IMG/VR virus record: IMGVR_UViG_3300046170_000296
Location: 1 to 58,837 of that record
Direction: 5' to 3' (one strand)
Source: a virus
Lineage: Duplodnaviria; Caudoviricetes
Length of the DNA: 58,837 nt
Position 1 is the stretch's first letter. Each line of letters starts with the position of its first letter. Made by a program: the position numbers and the translations under genes. The notes beneath the pieces were generated by a model, which did not search any database, had not been told where the DNA came from, and saw only the letters and a program-made list of their open reading frames with translations. Below are positions 53,263 to 58,837 of this stretch, in pieces.

Positions 53263-53739
53263 ATGGAATTATCAAGAAATTTTTCTCTTCAGGAGCTTAT
53301 AAAATCAGATACAGCTGTCCGTTTGGATATAAATAATAATCCTAACTCAGGTCAGATAGAAAAACTAAAAGCACTTTGTGAAAATATTTTACAGCCCGTA
53401 CGTGATCACTTTGGCAGAGTAAAGGTAACGTCAGGGTTTCGTAGTGAGCAGCTGTGCCTAAAAATAGGTAGCTCGATTAACAGCCAACATGCAAAAGCTG
53501 AGGCGGCAGACTTCGAATGTATGGGAACTGACAATGCTGAATTAGCAGATTGGATTTACATGAACCTAGAATTTGATCAATTGATACTCGAGTTCTACAC
53601 GCCAGGCGAACCCAACTCGGGATGGATACACTGTAGTTACACTACAGATAAACCTAGAAAACAATTCTTGTGGGCATATAAATCAGAAGGTAAAACTAAA
53701 TATAAACCAGTAATAGGAAAGGCAAAAGATCTAGTATGA
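53263..53739 (+). CDS. Peptidase M15 family endolysin
   Basis: LSRNFSLQEL, VTSGFR, SQH...AADF, WIHCS. Confidence 0.88.
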   Translation: MELSRNFSLQELIKSDTAVRLDINNNPNSGQIEKLKALCENILQPVRDHFGRVKVTSGFRSEQLCLKIGSSINSQHAKAEAADFECMGTDNAELADWIYMNLEFDQLILEFYTPGEPNSGWIHCSYTTDKPRKQFLWAYKSEGKTKYKPVIGKAKDLV

Positions 53740-53963
53740 GTATAATAGATAAAAAAGCAATAGCAGCATTTAAAAATATAGATACAGTACATGGACATTG
53801 TGAAGAGTGTCAGGAAGATGCTATCTTAGTAGCTATCGTTTCAGAATTTTATAGATGTACCAATTGTGGTCATGATACTAAACAACATATCAATGGTAGA
53901 ATTAGATATTTAAAATTAGATGACTCTGATAAGAAATGGATAAAAGAAAATTACATTAAATAA
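53736..53963 (+). CDS. Small Zn-ribbon protein
   Basis: CEEC...CTNC. Confidence 0.7.
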   Translation: MSIIDKKAIAAFKNIDTVHGHCEECQEDAILVAIVSEFYRCTNCGHDTKQHINGRIRYLKLDDSDKKWIKENYIK

Positions 53964-54100
53964 TGGCGAAGAAGTTTAAAGATCATGTGGTAAGAGACAA
54001 GCCTAAGAAAAGAGGCAGCCGTCAACATAAGAAATCATTGAACAAGAACGAGAAAAGACAAAAGCGTACTCGACGTTACAAGGGTCAAGGTAAAGGCTAA
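53963..54100 (+). CDS. 45-aa very basic peptide (ends YKGQGKG)
   Basis: Manual translation; TAATG coupling. Confidence 0.6.
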   Translation: MAKKFKDHVVRDKPKKRGSRQHKKSLNKNEKRQKRTRRYKGQGKG

Positions 54101-54422
54101 AGGGTTCAGGCCTCAGGCTTCTCTTGATTGTCTGTCTTCTCACACATAAATTTAGGATATAATTCAGCTGTATTTACTACATCTGCAGTAAAATGCTCAC
54201 CATCAAATAATACAGAATAAGACTCACCTAGTCCTTTTTGTACACACTCATAGTGTGTTTTGTAAAATCTATCATAGTCATGGTCCTTTGACCTGGCACT
54301 TCAGCGCAGTTTTGATTGACCACCGAACATATGTATATTGTTAAAAAAAATTTCATTGACAACCTTGTAAAAAAATATAATAATCCTATATTATTATTTT
54401 ATAATAATGAAAGGATATAATA

Positions 54423-54602
54423 ATGACTGACGTAAGTAAATATAAATCAGTTGCACTATCGCATGATAGTTGTGACAAATTAGATAAGATCCGCAAGGTC
54501 ATCGTACCTGAGGTAGAAGTATCTAGAGCTAAAACTTTAGACATATTAATCAACGAGAAAGCGAGAAAATTAAATGGAAAGTTACGGATCAAGAACGCTT
54601 AA
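54423..54602 (+). CDS. 59-aa putative ribbon-helix-helix DNA-binding regulator
   Basis: MTDVSKYKSVALSHDSCDKLDKIRK...SRAKTLDILINEK: strand-helix-helix pattern; GAAAGGA RBS. Confidence 0.6.
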   Translation: MTDVSKYKSVALSHDSCDKLDKIRKVIVPEVEVSRAKTLDILINEKARKLNGKLRIKNA

Positions 54603-54957
54603 AGAGTTTGATACATTTGACCCTATTAGAAATTTATGGAGAAATGTATTAATAGTTGCAATATCTGACGCAATTAAAGTGAAGTCTAACATAGTTAAAT
54701 TTAGTGAACACTATGGCAATAGAAGATTTCATGAATTAGATTATGTGACTTTACCTAATAGTGATTTTGCTAAAATATGTGAATACGCAGAGCTAGATCA
54801 CAATATGGTTAGAAAGAAAGTAATTAAAACTTTAGATGATATGGAGAAAAACTATGACAAAGACAATATGCCAGAGATGCCATGGAAACGGTTATATCAA
54901 AGTAAAGGAATCAATCGAGAATCCAGTGGAAATCATACAGCAGTGTCCGAGTTGTAA
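54574..54957 (+). CDS. Hypothetical protein (LWRNVLIVAISDA...DFAKICEYAELD)
   Basis: ORF track. Confidence 0.7.
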   Translation: MESYGSRTLKEFDTFDPIRNLWRNVLIVAISDAIKVKSNIVKFSEHYGNRRFHELDYVTLPNSDFAKICEYAELDHNMVRKKVIKTLDDMEKNYDKDNMPEMPWKRLYQSKGINRESSGNHTAVSEL

Positions 54958-55018
54958 CTCACAAGGAGAAATAACAATGAGTACAGAACGATTAATACTT
55001 GAAAGTAAACTTGGTTAA
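54854..55018 (+). CDS. DnaJ-type Zn-finger small protein
   Basis: CQRCHGNG...CPSCNSQG; GGAG RBS. Confidence 0.65.
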   Translation: MTKTICQRCHGNGYIKVKESIENPVEIIQQCPSCNSQGEITMSTERLILESKLG

Positions 55019-55101
55019 AGAACTCAATCAAATCATTAAAAAACTAAATGGTGAGATTGATGTTTTACAATCTAAACTGAAAGAAAAGGAAGGAGTTAAA
55101 G

Positions 55102-55302
55102 ATGAGAAGAGCAATGTTGGAAGCACTCGAGAAGAAGTACGAGGCTGAGATAGCTGCAGCTGATGCAACTATACATATATACCTAAATAACTCAGTAGGT
55201 ATTGGTGAGCACCCACAACATTTAGATGAAATAGATAAGCAATTATCTAAAATTGTAGAAGCGGAAGAAAAACAAAACGCACTACAAGCTTTTAAATTAT
55301 GA
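55102..55302 (+). CDS. Conserved marine-phage small protein (VGIGEHP)
   Basis: ORF with AAGGAG RBS. Confidence 0.8.
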   Translation: MRRAMLEALEKKYEAEIAAADATIHIYLNNSVGIGEHPQHLDEIDKQLSKIVEAEEKQNALQAFKL

Positions 55303-55463
55303 AGTGTTTACATTGTGGAGATGATCTCCGCTGGAATAATGATTATGATACAGAAGATGATGAACAGTATTTAATTGTTAGTATGTATGAATGTATGAAC
55401 GAACATTGTAAGGCCTGGTATGAGATATATCATGGATTACGAGAAAAGGAGACAGTCAATTGA
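55299..55463 (+). CDS. 54-aa Cys-containing protein (MKCLHCGDDL)
   Basis: Manual translation; ATGA overlap. Confidence 0.6.
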   Translation: MKCLHCGDDLRWNNDYDTEDDEQYLIVSMYECMNEHCKAWYEIYHGLREKETVN

Positions 55464-56161
55464 TTTGGAATAAAAAGTTTAAGTATCCTCAGACTATAAG
55501 AGAAGCGATAGAAGGTGAGCGTCATTATTTAATTAGTGATGAAAAATTACCATCTGTTACGACTATACTGCAGGCTACACAAAGTGACGAAAAAAAGGCA
55601 AGCTTAGATAAATGGAAACAACGAGTCGGAGCTGAGTCTGCTGAGAATATAAAGAATGAAGCAGCCAACCGTGGATCTATTATGCATAAGTTGATTGAAT
55701 GCTATTTGCTGGACGAAAGACACATGGATTTGACTGATCTTGGCCAACAAGCTGATAAGATGGCACAAACTATTATAGATGAGGGTCTAAAGGGCTATAT
55801 GGAGGAAATATGGGGTACTGAAGTATGTTTGCATTATCCGGGCCTGTACGCCGGTGCTAGTGATCTCGCTGGTGTATATGAAGGACGCGAAAGTATAATG
55901 GACTTTAAACAATCTAACAAGCCTAAAAGACGTGAATGGATTGATGACTATTTTTTACAACTTGCAGCATATGCTACAGCTCATAACCAGGTCTATGGTA
56001 CCAAGATACAGTCTGGAACTATTCTAATGTGTACTAAAGATAATTACTTTCAGAAATTCACTGTATCCGGAACCCAGTTTCAAAAGTTTATGTGGGAATG
56101 GTTAAAGCGTGTTGACCTATATTACGAAAAACGTAGTAAATTAGCCAAAAATCATGAATAA
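55460..56161 (+). CDS. PD-(D/E)XK exonuclease (Cas4/MGME1-like)
   Basis: LPSVTTIL, RGSIMH, YAGASD, IMDFKQS, YFLQLAAYA. Confidence 0.88.
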   Translation: MIWNKKFKYPQTIREAIEGERHYLISDEKLPSVTTILQATQSDEKKASLDKWKQRVGAESAENIKNEAANRGSIMHKLIECYLLDERHMDLTDLGQQADKMAQTIIDEGLKGYMEEIWGTEVCLHYPGLYAGASDLAGVYEGRESIMDFKQSNKPKRREWIDDYFLQLAAYATAHNQVYGTKIQSGTILMCTKDNYFQKFTVSGTQFQKFMWEWLKRVDLYYEKRSKLAKNHE

Positions 56162-56166
56162 TGTGG

Positions 56167-56351
56167 CAGGAATCAGGCATCAGGGATTGCCCCTAATAGG
56201 TTTTAAACTTTTTTTGAAAAAAATTTTTTTGAAAAAAGATGAGAAATGTCTACTACCTTACTACCTGAACAAGTTTTTGTTGGTATACATAGCTTATTTA
56301 AGCAATTTTGGTAGTAAAACGTCTACTACCTGGCTACTACCTGCTACTACC
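56167..56351. repeat. Candidate replication origin: CAGG x3, A/T tracts and TACTACC repeats
   Basis: TACTACC at 56251, 56259, 56324, 56335 and 56345; inverted GGTAGTA at 56310; alternating T/A tracts at 56209-56237. Confidence 0.6.
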
Positions 56352-56437
56352 AAGATGGTTCAAAATCCCAATAAGACAAACTTTTTATGTAAAATGTGTT
56401 ATAACATAATTTCATTTTTTGCTCTTAGGGAAGATTT

Positions 56438-56722
56438 ATGACTCATAAAAAATCAAAGTACAGACACGTTGTAATAAACAAGAAGCGATACTACTTCTAT
56501 AAAATTACATGGCTTGATATTTTAGGTGACAGCGGGCACGCTGATAACAATGAATTTATGGATATGAAACCTGCAGTAATGATAACTAATGCATATGTGT
56601 TTCACAATGATTCTAAAGTTCTTAGAACGTTTGCCAGTTATGATGCTAATTCAGAGTGTTTTAGTGATCGTAATGTATTTCCTAAAGGATGTGTTAGAAA
56701 GATGGAGAAGGTATTACTCTGA
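56438..56722 (+). CDS. Hypothetical protein (ITWLDI...FPKGCV)
   Basis: ORF track. Confidence 0.75.
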   Translation: MTHKKSKYRHVVINKKRYYFYKITWLDILGDSGHADNNEFMDMKPAVMITNAYVFHNDSKVLRTFASYDANSECFSDRNVFPKGCVRKMEKVLL

Positions 56723-57250
56723 TGAATTTATTTGTTTTGGATTTTTATCTTTACTTTGTTTCGGCTCTTCTTTTACTTTGTCTTTTAACTCTTCAAACTC
56801 TACACCTTCTAGGATGGGTGAATAGTCATCAATTATTTGTTTCATCCTTGCTTCTAATTCTTCTGTCGTTAGGTCTTCTAATTTACCAGTACGGATTATC
56901 TTTTGTTCTATATATAGACCAGCCGCCTTACCTCTTGCAACCTCAGCATTAACAGCAGCTGACCAAGCTTTCTTATCTCTAGCTTCATCTCTAAGCTTAC
57001 CTAACTCTGATATGTGATTGCCAAATGTAACTTCGTATTGTTTTTGCCACTCATCACGTAGCTCACCTATATACTGGACCACCAATGGAAATAATTTTGG
57101 ATTCTGTAATTTACTTGCAGCCTGACGTGCTGAATCTTTTGCATAACCAGCCTCAATAGCACAAGCTGTAGCTGTCATTCTACCTTGTTCTGATATTAGT
57201 AGATTAGCAAATTTGATCTGTTGTTCAGTTAGTTTCTTGGGTAGACCCAT
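56714..57250 (-). CDS. terS: Terminase small subunit
   Basis: LTEQQIKFA...ATACAIEAGYAKDSARQAASKL HTH motif; AEVARGKAAGLY. Confidence 0.8.
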   Translation of the reverse strand: MGLPKKLTEQQIKFANLLISEQGRMTATACAIEAGYAKDSARQAASKLQNPKLFPLVVQYIGELRDEWQKQYEVTFGNHISELGKLRDEARDKKAWSAAVNAEVARGKAAGLYIEQKIIRTGKLEDLTTEELEARMKQIIDDYSPILEGVEFEELKDKVKEEPKQSKDKNPKQINSSE

Positions 57251-57402
57251 CTTCTTCCTCGTACATTTTTCTTCTCTTCTTCGTAGCCTTCCATCAGTAA
57301 TTCTGATGTAGTCTTTTCTTTTTTGCCGAAGATTCTATCAAATTCTTTTTTGTATAAATCGTTAGTAGGTCTTGATCTACCATCCCATTTTTCTTTTTTC
57401 AT
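57229..57402 (-). CDS. Small hypothetical protein (WDGRSRP)
   Basis: ORF track; start taken at MKKEKW. Confidence 0.6.
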   Translation of the reverse strand: MKKEKWDGRSRPTNDLYKKEFDRIFGKKEKTTSELLMEGYEEEKKNVRGRRWVYPRN

Positions 57403-57514
57403 AGTATTGCTTTTTAACACAACAATGATATAAAAGCAACAGACGTTGGCTTAAAAGTCAGCTCTTTGAATTGATGGCGCTCACCTTATCGAGCGCCATT
57501 GAAAGGATGAAATT

Positions 57515-57739
57515 ATGCTAAGTGGAAAAGCTTTAAGACAGACGCTAGATAAAATGTTAAAGTCACCTGTAGCTCAAGAGGCTAGAGTCCAAGTTCGTCT
57601 TCCTGATGGACAACATTTTGATATTACTTCTTTACAATTGATGGAAAATAAATTATTGGGAGCTAGAGAAACTCACCGACTTGTTATGACTATCAAGCCA
57701 GAAACGTGGAGAATGGGCGACGTTATCAAAAAAGTATAA
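57515..57739 (+). CDS. Hypothetical protein
   Basis: GAAAGGA RBS; upstream hairpin at 57471-57502. Confidence 0.75.
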   Translation: MLSGKALRQTLDKMLKSPVAQEARVQVRLPDGQHFDITSLQLMENKLLGARETHRLVMTIKPETWRMGDVIKKV

Positions 57740-57763
57740 CGCACCTGTTAACCTAAAAAATCA

Positions 57764-58133
57764 GTGAAATCAGAGACTAAATTTTATGGACAAGTTAAAA
57801 AAAATATTACTAAAATATCCTGGATTAGGATTGAAAACCTTGCTGTTCCTGGTACTCCCGATCTATTGGGTTATAATAATAACGGCGTCTTTTTCACTGT
57901 TGAGCTGAAATATACAAAGACAAACAAGATCACATTTTCTCCACACCAAATTGCGTTCCACGTGAAACATCCACGCAATACTTTTATCTTAGTTCTTGAT
58001 GCCTGTTCCATGCTTCCCAAAACTTTATGAGGGGAAAGATATAAGAAAGCTTGCTGCTTGTGGCTTGGTGCTTGAGGCTTGTAGCTCGGGTTATGAATCC
58101 TGCTCCAAGGTTTTTGAATCGCTTGGTGCTTGA
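57764..58133 (+). CDS. PD-(D/E)XK nuclease (VRR-NUC / Holliday junction resolvase-like), indel near 58020
   Basis: RIEN...GTPDLL...VELK...FSPHQIAF; corrected frame continues LYEGKDIRKL to a stop at 58133. Confidence 0.75.
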
Positions 58134-58186
58134 GGCTTGTCGCTTGAAGCTTGTGGCTTGGTGCTTGACGCTTGCTGCTTGAGCTT
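58049..58186 (+). repeat. Two GCTTGNN heptamer arrays (5-6 copies at 58049-58090; 8-9 copies at 58121-58186)
   Basis: gcttggt gcttgag gcttgtc gcttgaa gcttgtg gcttggt gcttgac gcttgct gcttga. Confidence 0.95.
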
Positions 58187-58258
58187 CTCTTCTCTCTGAA
58201 ATTTTTTCGCGCGCTGGCGCATCTCTTCGTAATATTTAGGATGTTTGAATACGTGCAT
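58091..58258 (-). CDS. 55-aa protein with heptamer-encoded KQQASSTKPQASSDKPQA
   Basis: Manual translation; TAATG-coupled to the Gp88-like stop. Confidence 0.55.
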   Translation of the reverse strand: MHVFKHPKYYEEMRQRAKKFQREEKLKQQASSTKPQASSDKPQAPSDSKTLEQDS

Positions 58259-58837
58259 TAATGTTTACCGTATATAACAGATTTAATATCTTTATTCCAG
58301 CAAGCTCTGCAGTCCTTGCAAGCGCCGCCCTGATCCGGTGCTGGACAAGTCCGCTGTCCTTCTTGAGTCGTGACGCCTGAGTCATGGGTCCAGGCATTGC
58401 CCTGCTGGTCCATCGACTTTAGATCTTGACAATCTTATAATTAAATTTTCTGGAACCTCTTCAGGTGCTGGCAGGTATTGCCGCTCTTGTGTTGGCAGCC
58501 AGTGCTTCGTGTTAGGTGTGAGCTTGCATACTTCTATAATTTTTTGCATATGCTCGCTGCTCTGTACATCGCCGGCGTCATGCCATCTAAACCATTTTTG
58601 GCCACGAATTTTTGTAGACATAGCCTCCACCCATAGCGGGTGATTGATTGCGTCCAGTCTTCTATACTGAGCTGCTTTGATTGCTGGATACCTGGTATAG
58701 TTACCCTTCAAGGCGTAACAGCCGTAACACGGTGAAGTTTTAACTAGTCTAAGCTTCGAACCAGTTTGACATGCCCATGCTGGCAGGCTGTAGCTCAGGC
58801 CAGGCATCTTGCTTGTTCTTGTAAATGAGTCTGTTAT
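58258..58837 (-). CDS. Gp88-like Cys-rich protein (starts at position 19 across the join; indel near 58400)
   Basis: SKMPG.SYSLPA..C...PCYGCYA, FRWHDAGD, HWLPT; corrected C-terminus TCPAPDQGGACKDCRACW...YGKH. Confidence 0.8.

Larger units (their letters stand above)
1..58837. mobile_element. Near-complete tailed phage genome (podovirus-like, probably HTVC023P-type pelagiphage)
   Basis: Packaging, capsid, tail, replication and lysis modules all present, with no host housekeeping genes. The Gp88-like gene spans the window ends (MKIKEA at 19..1, ITDSFTRTSKMPG from 58837). Family assignment is from recalled gene content. Confidence 0.9.

Noticed and set aside
55460-56161. Cas4-like nuclease as evidence for a CRISPR-Cas system
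   Set aside because: Stand-alone PD-(D/E)XK exonuclease with no cas1/cas2 and no array.
56154-56441. 95-aa ORF over the TACTACC repeats
   Set aside because: Low-complexity translation of A/T tracts and repeats; more plausibly non-coding.
1006-58400. Numerous frameshifts suggesting pseudogenes or programmed frameshifting
   Set aside because: They are scattered single-base indels, often in homopolymers, and hit essential genes (scaffold, nozzle, fibres). Long-read sequencing error is the simplest explanation.
1-58837. Prophage or alternative genetic code
   Set aside because: No integrase, att-flanked host genes or tRNAs were seen. Long genes read through under the standard code, and the breaks are frame changes rather than in-frame stops.

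Overview
Near-complete, circularly permuted genome of an AT-rich marine tailed dsDNA phage with a podovirus-like layout. From recall of the gene set (TerL, portal, GroES, capsid, Gly-rich fibres, 2OG-Fe(II) oxygenases, SNF2 helicase, primase-polymerase, SF1 helicase, Leu762 PolA, M15 endolysin, Gp88-like), it most resembles HTVC023P-type pelagiphages of SAR11; this is not a database result. One minus-strand gene runs off the left end and resumes at the right end, so only a few bases seem to be missing at the join. Many genes are split by single-base indels typical of uncorrected long reads, and I merged these. I saw no integrase, RNA polymerase, tRNA, rRNA or CRISPR array. The most unusual signals are: (1) a gene-free array of about six abutting stem-loop modules joined at GATC junctions (443-909), downstream of a promoter; (2) 7-bp-period CAGG/CAAG motifs whose strand flips at a TACTACC repeat cluster (~56.3 kb, candidate origin) and again roughly opposite it; (3) a recurring x-x-G-G(R-[IM]-G-[YF]) peptide motif in many putative virion-internal proteins, once followed directly by a Tat-like SRRKFMK signal; (4) five 2OG-Fe(II) oxygenase-fold genes, one apparently lacking metal ligands, next to three Pro/Gly-rich fibre paralogs.
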